From NCBI RefSeq assembly GCF_009914755.1, contig NC_060926.1: a stretch of DNA of 64,000 bases; one strand, 5' to 3'. The notes beneath the pieces were generated by a model that was not told where the DNA came from, ran no database searches, and saw only the letters and a program-made list of their open reading frames with translations. Both the position numbers and the translations under genes were made by a program. Origin of the DNA: the human T2T-CHM13v2.0 reference genome, Homo sapiens. Shown here one piece after another: positions 40,801 through 53,334 of this stretch; positions within the stretch are counted from its first letter, which is position 1, and each line of letters begins with the position of its first letter.

Positions 40801-41974
40801 GTGCCAAAATCTATGCTACTCTTTATTGCTGTTATTGTCTGCTAAAAGCAGATCAGCACTGATTAAGACAGAAAAGGAGCTTGTGAGAACTGGAAATGAA
40901 AATGATGTGGGAGATGGGGGGTGAGACAGGTCTCTCCCAGCTGGCAGAGAAGAGGATGTGTATGACAGGGTCCATGATACATCCTCTCTTGACTCTGGTC
41001 CTTCAATCTGCCCACAGCACCTTAGATACTACGAGCATCTGCCACCGTCTAGCGTATGGATGTGAAGAGCTAAGAGGCATACTTCCTGAGATACAGAACC
41101 AGGCAAAGATCCTGATATTTACTTCTCTTGTTTATTGCCCCCCGACCTTTTTGTGATTGATGTGATTATTCAGGAATATCTCCTCATCCCTCAATTTCTT
41201 GCCTATGGATAACTTTGGGGTGATAGTTTGGCAGCTTGGATGAAAACTTTCAATGAATTTAAAAGTATAAAATAAAGTTTTCAAATTTATGCTGTTTTTA
41301 TTTAGATTGTACTGAATATCTATACCTCTCCCCTGCTCTCTCAGCTACATTTTTTAATGTACCTATTTCCATTGTTGCTTCTGTTTCTAGCTTCAGCGTT
41401 TTGTTTCTGACATGTAATAGATGCTCAATAAATGTTAAATTGAATTGAATTGAATTTGAAGTCTAAAGATTACAGCGTTACTTAGAGCCAAATCCCAGAT
41501 AGGCTAAAATATCATATATGGGTGGCAGCATATAGGTGATAAAGTCTTTCATGGCTTGTTTTATTTACTCCCCTGTATGATGTTTTAGAGATGATTTAGG
41601 GTGAATACTGCTACTTGCTTTCCCATCCCTCTTTTCTTAATAGATGACGACATTGCAGGTCAGAGAACTGAGAGATCAAGAACACACAGTTATTGAATAA
41701 GTAGCAAAGCTGAGACTAAACCTCAAAATTTTTTCCAAGTTCAGTGTGCTTTCCATTTTCCCATGCTGCTCCCTGTTTTAAAAAAGGACCGCATACATCC
41801 CCAAGTGAGGGAGAATGTCTCACTTTCCTTTTTACTCACTGGTGGGAGAGGAAACTGGAAGACAATTAGCCATGGATTAAAGATCCTGTTTGGGCCCTGT
41901 GACCCTTTGAATTCCTTTCAAAGAATATATTCTAAAGATGTAATCATATGAGGACTTATTAAATCACAGCCAAC

Positions 41975-42205
41975 TTTTATTGAGCCCAAATGAGCCAGGC
42001 ATAGTGTTCAGCATTTTTCATACCTTTCCCAGTTTAAGTCTCAGAACAGTTTAATGAGGTATGTTCTTACAATTACTCTCCCCTGAAACAGATGGTGAAA
42101 TGAGGCATGGGAGGATTTTGTATGTCCAAGTGTCTAAGTTCCATGGCTACGTAGAATTTGGATCCACATCTGATCCTAGAGCAATTTTTCCCCACTGCTT
42201 TGCTC
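41975..42205 (-). mobile_element. MIR SINE
   Basis: 'ttttattgagc...gccaggcatagtg...acagatggtgaaatgaggc...tttggatccacatctga'. Confidence 0.7.
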
Positions 42206-42607
42206 ACTGTCCAGTCTGTGCAGTGTTGCTTCATGCAAAGACAACCAGGAAATGATCTAAATAGGGAAATTATTTAGAAAAACATCCTTGAAATTCTACA
42301 AATGATACTTTAGATATAGATGATGGATGCCAAAAGATGATAGCAATAAAATTGAAATCTATAAAATGCTATGATCCCACTTTGTAAACATATGCCCATG
42401 GAAAAATATCTGGAGGGATTATAGCTCAATTTTTTGTTTTCTTTTTCTTTATATTTTCTATTTTAGCTACAATGAACAAACCTAATGGTGTCATTTTCTT
42501 TTTTAGGCTAAAGTACATTAATTGGGGAGTAGTTTAGAACTTTTGAAGCACTCAAATAGCATCAAGGAATTGTCATAAGGCGTGTCTAAGCAAAGCGAAT
42601 TCCACTT

Positions 42608-44903
42608 GGATATGGTTTGGCCGTGTCCCCACCCAAATCTCATCTTGAATTATAGCTCCCATAATCTCCACATGTCATGGGAGGGACCCAGTGGGAGGTA
42701 ATTGAATCATGGGGGTGGGTTTTCCCGATGCTGTTCTTGTAATAGTGAATAAGTCTCACAAGATCTAACAGTTTTATAAAGGGCAGTTCCCCTGCACATG
42801 CTCTCTTTCCTGCTGCCATGTAAGACATGCCTTTGCTCCTCCTTCACCTTCTGCCATGATCATGAGGCCTCCCTAGCCGTGTGGAACTGAGAGTCCATTA
42901 AACCTCTTTTTTTAAAAAAAATTTACCCAGCCTTGGGTGTTTCTTCATAGCAGTATGAAAATGGACTAATACAGTAAATTGGTACCAGTAGAGTGGGGTA
43001 CTGCTATTAAGATACCTGAAAATGTGGAAGCAACTTTGGAACTGGGTAAAAGGCAGAGGGTGGAACAGTTTTGAGGTCTCAGAAGAAGATAGGAAGATGT
43101 GGGAAGGTTTGGAGCTTCCTAGTGACTTGTTGAATGGTTTTGACAAAAAGTCCAGGCTGAGGTGGGCTCAGATGGAGATAAGGAACTTATTGGGAACTGG
43201 AGCAAAGGTGATTCTTGCTATACTTTAGCAAAGAGACTGGTGACATTTTGCCCCTAGCCTAGAGAACTGTGGAACTTTGGAATTGAGAGACATGATTTAG
43301 GGTATCTGGCAGAAGAAATTTCTAAGCAGCAAAGCATTGAAAAGGTGACTTGGGTGCTCTTAAAGGCATTTCATTTTATTTTTTCACAAAAATAAGGTTT
43401 GGAATTGGAACTCATGCATAACAGGGAAGCAGAGCATAAAAGTTCAGAAATCTGCAGCCTGAGGATGCGATAGAAAAGAAAAACCCATTTTCTGAGGAGA
43501 AATTCAAGCTGGCTGCAGAAATTTGCATAAGTAACAAGGAGCCAAATGTTAATTGCTAAGACAATGGAAAATGTCTCAAGGGCACGTCAGACATCTTCAC
43601 AGCAGCCCCTCCTATCAAAAGCCAGGAGGCCTAGGAGGAAAAAATGGTCTCATGGGTGAGGCCATAGACCCCCCTGCTGTGTGCAGTCTCAGGACTTAGT
43701 GCCCTGCATTCTAGCCCTGGCTAAAAGGGGCCATTGTACAGCTCAGGCTGTTGCTTCAGAGGGTGCAAGGCCCAAGCCTTGGTGGCTTACATGTGGTGTT
43801 GGGCCTGTGGGTCCACAGAAGTCAAGAATTGAGGTTTTGAAACTTCTGCCTAGATTTCAGAGGATGTATGGAAATGTCTGGATATCTAGGCAGAGATGTG
43901 CTGGCAGGGTGGAGCCCTCATGGAGAACCTATGCTAGGGCACTGCAGAAGAGAAATGTGGGGTGGGAGCTCCCACACAGAGTCCCCACTGGGGCACTGGC
44001 TAGTGAAGCTATGAAGAGAGGGTTACCATCCTCCAGACCCCAGAATGGTAGATCCACTGATAGCTTGCACCTGGAGAAGCCACAGACCCTCAATGCCAGC
44101 CTGTGAGAGCAAACAGAAGGGGAGCTGTACCCTGCAAAGCTACAGGGGTGGAGCTGCCCAAGACTATGGGAACCTACCTCTTGCATCAGTGTGACTTGAA
44201 CGTGAGATATGAAGTCCAAGGAGATCATTTTTGGAGCTTTAAGATTTGACTACTCTGCTAGATTTCAGACTTGCGTGGGGCCTGTACCTCCTTCATTTTG
44301 GCCAATTTCTCCCATTTGGAACAGGATCATTTGCCCAATGCCTGTGCCCCATTGTATCTGGGAAATAAATAACTTCCTTTTGATTTTACAGGCTCATAGG
44401 TGGAAGGGACTTGCCTTGTATTAGATGAGATTTTGGACTGTGGACTTTTGAGTTAACGCTAAAATGAGTTAAGACTTTGGGAGAGTGTTAGAAAGGCATG
44501 AGTGGTTTTGAAATGTGAGGACATAAGATTTGGGAGGGGCTGGGGGCAGAATGATATAATTTGCCTGTGTCCTCACGCAAATCTCATCTTGAATTGTAGC
44601 TCCCATAATCTTGTGTCATGGGAGGGACCTGGAGGGAGGTAATTGAATCATGGGTGTGGGTCTTTCTTGTGCTGTTCTTATGATAGTGAATAAATCTCAT
44701 GAGATCTGATGGTTTTATAAAGGGCAGTTCCCCTGCACTTGCTCTCTTGCCTGCTGCCATGTAAGATATGTCTTTGCTTCTCTTTTGCTTTCCACCATGG
44801 TTGTGAGGCCTCCCAAGCCATGTGGTCCATTAAAGCTCTTTTTCTTTATAAATTACCCAGTCTCAGGTATTTCTTCATAGTAGTAGGAAAATGGACTAAT
44901 ACA
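42608..44903 (+). mobile_element. Full-length THE1C-like MaLR retroelement (LTR-internal-LTR)
   Basis: 5' LTR 42608-42973; internal region starting 'gtaaattggtaccagtagagtgggg'; polypurine tract about 44531-44551; 3' LTR 44552-44903; target-site duplication cactt/ccctt. Confidence 0.93.
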
Positions 44904-45657
44904 CCCTTCTAGTTAATTTTCTTCTTATATTGCTTCTGGGCAGGGCCTCTCTGCTTTCCTCCTTGCATGCAAGCCCTCTGGTGGGCCTTTGAGCTCAACA
45001 GGGCATCAGGGAGAAGTAGGCTTGTTGTGAGGCCAGGCTTGGAATGTCTATGGCTGTTCATGAAGTGGAACTTATATGGGATTCAAAGCTTTGTTGTCAT
45101 TATTGTTTAGCAGGAGCACAGCCTTCAAAGAGGAAGCATGACAGCCAAATTTTGGGTAGTTTGCACAAGTATGAGCTCCAGCAACTTAAGGAGCAGCAGG
45201 CATATTAGAAAGGAAGCTCAGAGAAATGAAGGAAAAGAGAAGCAAGATACCCACCTTTTGAAAAGAGTGGCTTATTCTCCTCTTTTGGTGACTTGGGAGG
45301 GTAAACAGTATATAAAAACAAAGGGCATAACTGGGAGCCCAGGAGAACAGGGCTGAGACAGGATGGAGCATTATGGTTTGGAGTCCAGCAAGGTGTGCTA
45401 TGTGTGTAGGCTCTTCCTTAACAGATGCTTCATGTAGTCCTGCACATGCCATGGTCAAATCTCCAAAAGCAAACTGGGCATTGGTTTGGGTCTAAGCCAT
45501 GGCTTATGATTTGTTCAGTGCCTTCGACACTTTGGTGTAAAGTTGGGGCAAGCACCCAGAAAAGAAGCTCTAGGTCCTCTATTCTTCTATTTGTACATTT
45601 GAGGTTTGGGGTGTCTAATAGAATCTCATTTGAACAAGGTCTAGAGCTAAAACATCA

Positions 45658-45944
<287 letters not shown>

Positions 45945-46507
45945 AAAGTTCAGAGTATTTAGGAAATAGGAGCTACAATATGCAAGTTTCCTTGAGGGGA
46001 GAAATTGAGGAAAAAGGGTGCTGTCCATAAAATGCAGTCCAGAATGGGACGGCTGCGTATGGGGAGGACAGCAGAGGTGGACCCTGAAAGAAAGGGCAAA
46101 GGGGCAACCAAAAAAATCATCACCACATTTTCACAAGTATTTTATTTAACTGGTTGTGTATTTCTACTTGAGAAATGTCTAGAAATATTGCCAAATGATT
46201 TATTTGCCAAAGAAATTCTAAAGTTTTGAAGAATTAAATTTTCTCAGGCAATATCGGTCATTTAAAACTAAGTGTTGTTATAATATAGCCAACATAGAAT
46301 TTTATATATAGATGGTGATTATATGTTTATAATCACCGTAAACTCCAGAGTGCCTCTGTATAATTTTTTGGTGTTTCTAGAGTTTTGATTTAAGTTTTCA
46401 GTTTCACAATGAGTTTACACTTTTAATATGGCACAATAGAATTCAGCTCCTCAGTAAAATTCAGCAATTCTGTTCAGCAATTTTTATGCTGTATAAAAGA
46501 TGCAATT

Positions 46508-46765
46508 TAGCAGAGAAGTTATAAGGGTAAGCTTTGGAGCCAGATCCCCTGAACGTGAATCCCCTTCTGCCATTTATTAGCTGTATGGCCTTGGTAAAGT
46601 TTCATAAATTCTCTGTATTTCTATTTCCTCATCTGTAAAATGGGAATAATGACAGTATTTCACTGGCAGGCTTTTATTGAGGATAACAGCAATTGAAACT
46701 CTTGAAGTGGTTAGAACCATGCCTGGCAAAAATGAAGTTCCATAAATGTTAGCTATCATTGCTGT
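46508..46765 (+). mobile_element. Near full-length MIR
   Basis: 'gctttggagccagat...gaatccc...ttagctgtatggccttgg...tttcctcatctgtaaaatgggaataat...ccatgcctggca...taaatgttagctat'. Confidence 0.88.
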
Positions 46766-49574
46766 TATTGTTATTCTTAGACACTTACCAAATTTCAGGT
46801 ACTGGGGGAGATACAAGGATGAAAAAGATGTATTTCTATTCTTCAACTATCTTAAATCTTAGATCGCTATTTTTCTCTATTTTATTCATTATATTAGGTT
46901 GTATTACTACTGCCATCAGTGTTTTCTATCAGAATTTCTGAGTTCCAAAGTTGTATTATTGAAAGAAATATGGAACTCTTTTTATGGATTTTTTATATTT
47001 CCTGGGAGAGATAGTTACCTCCTTCCTAAGCAAGTCAAGACCTAGCAATTCACTGCCTCTAAGGTGAAGCAGCCCCTCCCTAGATAACCACAGTGGGATT
47101 CCAGGAAAATCCTTTGAGTATAGCAAAGGCCCTATGCTTGCTCCCCTCTTGGTAAATGAAATCATTGCTCTCCCTTTAAGACTAACTTATCTAGGGGTGA
47201 TGTTTAGCTGACATTTATGTTGAGATCGCTAAGTGTGCAGCTACAATATATGCACACATTTCCAGAATACCCACCTGCCTCCTCCTCCTCACAACACAGC
47301 TGGGTCCTCACATGCACATTTGAATTTTTTTTAATGTACTCTTCCCTGAAACTAAGAAAAAGAGTGGAATCTTTTCATTTTTTTCTTTTCAATTTGTGTT
47401 AATATAGACATAAGCCTTTATTGGGAAAAGTGAAACCAATGTGTATGAAACTTGGACTATATCCAACTGAAAATAAAAACGAGTTCAGATGCTTTCTATG
47501 TTGGTTTTTGCCTCACATGCAGATTGTGCTGTTTGGTGAGAAATAATTAGTCATTTACAGGTTCATTACATAGTACGGTTAAACTTGACCTTCTCTTCTC
47601 TTTGGCTTGCTGGTGAGAGACCTTTCTCAGTAGGTCCAGCTGGCTAATATGGCTCTTATATGTATAAACCTATGTAGTACAGTCTGTATTTTCCAACTCT
47701 AATGTCACTCTCTTTGAGATCCCGATTTTACATATGGCAAGGAAGAGCTTATGTGTCATTCATTTTTCAGTTCTTTGTATAAGATCTCTAAATGGGACGT
47801 CCATTCTCCATTCTACCCTCTACAACAAAAACAGCACATTGTTATTTAAAAAGCAAAGGCTTTATAGATTAGTTGTTGAATGTGATATTCATCTCATGAA
47901 TAACTAATAACATAAAATAAAGAACAATGAAAATGCAAATTATCTGCACATATACAGTGGCAGTTAGCAGTACGAATATCCCTCCTGAGTTTGTGCAAGG
48001 TAGGAAAAAGCCAGTCAAATTTCTGATTGTACCTAGTCCTTTGAGTTGTTGAGACAATATCAGAATTCATCCTTTTTAGGACTCATTATTAAGGCATGAA
48101 AAAAGAGATTGAAATCTGGTAGAATTTTAATTCTTTCGTTAGCATTATTAATAAACAAGAATTGGCAGGAGCTAAACTGATTGGCACATACATCTGGAAT
48201 AACAGAAATAAATAAAGTTTCAGAATGGGAGGTAGGGCTTCTACTACAGGGATTTTGGTTAGAAAATAGCATGTGTGTGGCAACAGGTTCAAATCTAAAC
48301 AAACCACAAATAAATCTTACTGAGAAGCACTTTTAGTGTGTAAGATAGGGACAGGTGGGTGTCTTTCTTCATGAGTGACATGTGTGGCTTTTATTTTGGG
48401 AAAGAGATCAGAAAGTCTGTTAGGGAAATGGAAGTGGAGTGTAGGTTACCACAGCTGTGAAAAACTAGCCCAGGGAGACTCACCAGGGAAAGGTCTCATC
48501 ATTTTAAGTATCAAATTGCCCTAGAGCATTATTTGCTGGATTGACTCTTAAGAAGACCTAAATGGTAAAGAAAAAGATCTCTGGCCTTTGAAATATTTAT
48601 ATGAATACACAGAACCAAGATTTTGTTTCATGTGTAAATAGTGAATTAGCTTTATTCATTTGATAAGGAAGCAACATACACCAAAAGCACTGAAATTGTC
48701 TTTTTCTTTTTCTAAACTGCTGCTTTTTTCCAGTCTGTGTGCCCATCACGCACAGTACACTTGGTCAATGCATTCAGTGAGAACGATGATGGTTAAAGGT
48801 TGGATTTCATTTCCTTGACAGTCTGCAACCAGAAGATGACTCTCTGCTTTGGATTCTAGTGGTAGTTCGCCCCGTGTCACTTTTGGTAAGGATCCCACAG
48901 AATAGTCATGCAATATGATGTGGACAAGGAAGATGCAAACATTACAGGATGTGCCTTTTTATAAGGCATTAAATTACCTTCAATTCTTTTCTTTTCTGGG
49001 TGAAAGAGAAAGATGAAACTGAAGGCTCGAGAGCACCATTGAAAAGCAACAGGCCTCGCAGATGGCTGACCCAGATAACTGATAGCATGACATTACAGCC
49101 TCGCTCTGTGTGGTGAGCTCTGGCAACCCTGAGCCCCCTGGCTGCCCGCCACTAACTGCCAGGCTAAACTTTGCTTCCTGTGGTCACTCTGAAATTGTCG
49201 TTAGCCTAATGGAGGGGCTCCCCACCCTACCTACCCACAGACCAGGCCTCGATATTTCCTTCTGCATCACCTCTTGAGAGACTCACTGCATTGAAGAACT
49301 TGGGGCATTCATGAAACTTTTGTCTTGAGTCTAACATGGCTTAGATCAGTTCTCTTCAACCAGCTGTACTCCAGTGCCCTTAGTCACGTGGAAGAGTTAA
49401 ACTCTTACTTCGTTCATGCCAAATCAACCCTCAGCAAGAAAACCATTTCTTTTTAAAAATGCAGAGAAATGTACATTGTACTCCATAATATGTCTGTGTT
49501 TTAATTTCTTAAAGTATTTAACAACCATCACCTGCTGCCATGACTGCAGCATTTTAGAGAAAAAGTGATGTTTA

Positions 49575-49750
49575 GTGTGATCCTTAAACCAGCAGTATCA
49601 ACATCATCTGGGAACTTGCTGGAAATGCAGATTCTCAGACATCCACTTACAGAATCAGAAACTCTAAGGGTAGAGCTTAGCTATCAAGCTCCACTGGTTC
49701 TTAACAAGCTCTCTAGGTGACTGTGTTGTATAATAAAGTTTGAGAGCCAT
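49575..49750. mobile_element. MER5A hAT-Charlie element
   Basis: 'catctgggaacttgctggaaatgcagattctcag...gaatcagaaactct...ttaacaagctctctaggtga...taaagtttgagagcca'. Confidence 0.8.
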
Positions 49751-49903
49751 GTGCTGTGTTAACCTGGGGACTGTGAGTATTTTCTGATGTGGGTACTCTC
49801 AGGCATGTCATTCCCAAATTGGAGAAGCAGAAGATAGTTGATGGGAGCAGAGGTTCTTCAGTTTTTTTTTTTTTTTTAAGGAAATGTTTACATATGGGAA
49901 ATA

Positions 49904-50791
49904 CATATGGTCCCCAACTTACAATGGTTCAACCTACTATTTTTTTTAACTTTACAGTGGTGTAAAAGTGGTACACATCCAGTAGAAACTGTACTTTGAA
50001 TTTTGATCTTTTCCTAAACTAAGATAAACTCATGACTATCTGTAGCATCCTCATCATCCAGCAATTAATTTTAGTTCAGTGCTTCAACATTCTTCAGGCC
50101 TACTGTGCCTTCAGCTGTATACATTAATGATGAATACTCGTACGATGATTCTGTTTTTTACTTTTGGTACAGTATTCAATAAATTACATGAGATATTCAA
50201 TGATTTATTATAAAAATATGCTTTGTCTTAGATGATTTTGCCCAACTGGAGGCTAATGTACATGTTCCGAGCATGGCTATTGATGTTTGGTAGGTTACAT
50301 ATTGTATTAGTTCATTAGTTCATTGTCATAAAAACCTGAAGCTGGGTAATTTATAAAGACAAAAGGTTTAATTGGCTCACAGTTCTGCAGGCTGTGCAAG
50401 AAGTGTGGTGCTGGCATCTGCTTCTGATGATGGCCTCAGGAAGCTTACAGTCATGACAGAAGGTGAAGTAGAAGCCAGACCATCACATGGCAAGAGCAGG
50501 AGCAAAAGAGAAAGGGAAGAAGTGTTACACTCTTTTAAACAACTAGAACTTGTGTAAACTGACTGAGTGAGAATTCAGTCATCACCAAGGGATGGCACTA
50601 AGCCATTTATGAGAGATTCACCCTGATGACCCAATACCTCCTACCAGGCCCCACCTCCAACACTGGAAGTCACATTTCAATGTGAGATTGGAAGAGGACA
50701 AACATCCAAACCATATCAGTGTGTTAAATTCATTTTCAACTTATGATGGGTTTATTGGGACATAACACCATTGTAAGTCAAGAAGCATCTG
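49904..50791 (-). mobile_element. MER47-type TcMar-Tigger element split by an MSTB LTR
   Basis: Terminal inverted repeats catatggtccccaacttac ... gtaagtcaagaagcatctg with TA flanks; contains 'cagtattcaataaattacatgagatattcaa' and 'ttagatgattttgcccaactg'. Confidence 0.8.
50303..50718 (-). mobile_element. MSTB-like MaLR solo LTR
   Basis: Ends tgtattagt... and ...catccaaaccatatca; contains 'ggctcacagttctgcaggctgt..aagaagtgtggtgctggcatctgcttctg'. Confidence 0.88.
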
Positions 50792-50835
50792 TACTTACTT
50801 GGATGTACCCAAAGTTCATTGAGTTGGCCCTTTCA

Positions 50836-51115
50836 TAAATATTTACTGAGCACTTACTGTGCAGGCACTCTTCTGTGCATTAGAGATACAACTGTGGACA
50901 AGGATAGCCAATAATCAAGTGTAATGTCAATAGAAATAAGTGCCACAGAGAACAATATAGCAGTATATAGGATCAAGAATGTCTGAGTTAGGATTGCTCT
51001 TTTGGACAGGGTGATCAGAAAAGGGCTTTCTAAAGAGGAAGCTTTTGAGCACACCTGAGTGAAGTAAAGGACCAGGTTATGAGACTGTCTGGTAGAAGAT
51101 ATTTCTAAGCAAACT
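50836..51115 (-). mobile_element. L2 3' fragment
   Basis: 'aaatatttactgagcacttactgtgcaggcact', 'gggtgatcagaaaagggctttctaaagagg'. Confidence 0.7.
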
Positions 51116-53314
51116 GTGGATGATACCTTTGTCAGTTTCTCCAACTTAGAATAGAGAAGCCTCGATACTGAGAACATTTCTTATCTTTTCCTTCTGGGCT
51201 CTAGGTCACTGGGACTCACTGTCTCGTTCCCAAGTCAACTCTGTGCTGAAGACACGTTCAATAGGAAGAGGTGGTTTAACTCTTCTGGCAAATATTATGC
51301 ATGGTGGCTGTCCCTGAGAGTATCTGCTAGAGCAAGGGGTCAAGCATTGAGTCCTAGGCCCTGGGTGAGCAAGGGAACCAACTGGAACTCTAGACCTCTC
51401 TCTCACATCTCCCAGAGCAAAAACTAGGAAAACAATTTGCAGTGTTTTTACTCCATAGATGACATTGAAGTTCTTCTCATGTCTGGATGTAGTGTATGGA
51501 TGTGAATATAAATCTCTCACAAACTTTCGTACTTTACTAGTAGCAGCAACACATTACTTGTAACCTTACTTTGTGAGTATTCCAGGCACAGCACTTTGTC
51601 AAGACAAAGCCCTAGGTTAAAAAGTACTGTGAGAGAGGTCAAGGTAACAGATTCAATCCCTATCTGTGGCAGTTATCATTCCCCTAGAGACTCATGACCC
51701 TTCATAAAGTGGATTTTTTTTTAAGTAAATACCATTAGCATCAGGGAGCATGGGGCATGGAAGTACAAGTCATTCTCACCAAAGGCTTGCCAAATAAAGG
51801 CAATATTGACAGAGGGTTAAGACGGAAATTAAACAATTTGTTTGTTGCAAAGTATGGTGGAGGCTGAGATTCAACTAGCAGAAGCAAAAATCATTTCTCT
51901 TTCCTTAATTCATAGCCCTTTTTTTTTTAATGAAAATATTCAATGAAAGTAGTATTCAACAGTAGTTTATGATCCTGAAGAGCCACTCAGGGGTTTCCCC
52001 CTTCATCCTACTGAAAATGCACAGAGACTTCACAAGAGAGTTTCACTGAGCAGCAGTGGTGATAGTACAACCAGGGCTTTACCTGTCTTTGAAGATGAAC
52101 AGCAGAACATCCATCATCCATGAGACCCACTGTGCTACCAAAAGCGTAAAGAAAACCATGAGTGCAGTGTTGTGATTCCCAAAGATATTTCTAATGATTT
52201 TCAAAACAAGAGCAAGAAAGGAGTCACAATTGTACTCTATTCCCACTTGAGATACAAAGGACATTTTCCCCAGGATATGGGGACTGATTAAGCCAGCAGT
52301 ATCAACATTATCTGAGAACTTGTTAGAAATGCAAGATCAAGCACTTTCTTCTCATTCTTTTTCATTCATGTGCTTTCCCTCACACTGCTTTACTTTCTCT
52401 GCCTTTCATTTCTCTGGTTTATCACTGGCTCCCTCATCCTTCAGCCCTTGGATACAATGTGAAGTTTGAAACCTCCAGCAGTCCTTTCCTTCAAAGAAAG
52501 CATGTAACCCCCACACTGGAATGTCTTTGGAGCTGTGTGAATAAATGTGTTGAGAAGGAGTAGATGGTTCCCAGGTAATTTTTGCAGACAGAACGGCAAT
52601 CCAATTCTGGATCTGCAGTCAAACCATCTGCAGAGATAAACATCAGAAGCAAATTTGTATTTGTGGGGGAAACTGTCCTTCGTCCTCAACCCAACATTGA
52701 ATCTGAAATATTTACAAGCTTTATTACATGTAGAATTGGTTTTTAATGCTTTGAGGTGTTGTGTAGGTGAAAGGGAATGGAGCTGATAAATGTAGTTACA
52801 TTCTTGCATCCATTGGTGACACAATTTTCCAAAAAAGTCATTTTGCATGTAGAAAAAAATAATGATGGGGGAAATGAAATAGTGTCATAAAAATGTATAA
52901 AATAATCTGGCAGGGCTCAAAATTTGAGAGAGATTTGAGGCCAAGCAAAAGACTCTATCAAAAAGACTTTAAATGCTATCTCCAATTTTCTTAAATTTAG
53001 ATAATAAGAACATAACATTTTTCAATCTAAAATGATTCCCCTTGTTGATGGGGGTCTGAGAGCCAGGGCTGCAAGACTGTTCATTCTGGTTTATCTTCAG
53101 ATGAAATCCAGCCATGGGGTTCAGGTGGAGGGCATCGAATTGTTGTGAGAAAGCAGTGGTGTAGAAATCTCTCATTGCACCGGCATCAGACTTTCTCACA
53201 TACACAGAGATAGAACATTATAATTCTCCGCCCCACCCTGCATTCTTGTGGGATTTAAGAAATTCCTGCTCTCACTTTCTACAAGGGCTGGTGTAGTTCA
53301 TGCTGGTGCCAAAT

Positions 53315-53334
53315 TGGTCACAAGGGGGCACCGA
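53315..53334 (+). promoter_or_regulatory. Candidate CTCF-binding motif
   Basis: tggtcacaagggggcaccga resembles the CTCF core TGGCCACCAGGGGGCGC, with 'tgctggtgcc' just upstream where the upstream module would lie. Confidence 0.45.

Noticed and set aside
43022-44424. ORFs of 68-141 aa resembling MaLR internal peptides
   Set aside because: Broken remnants of the THE1 internal region in several frames; not a gene.
52441-52848. 135-aa minus-strand ORF in unique DNA
   Set aside because: No recognisable domain, composition unlike a real protein, and no convincing splice context; this length is attainable by chance.
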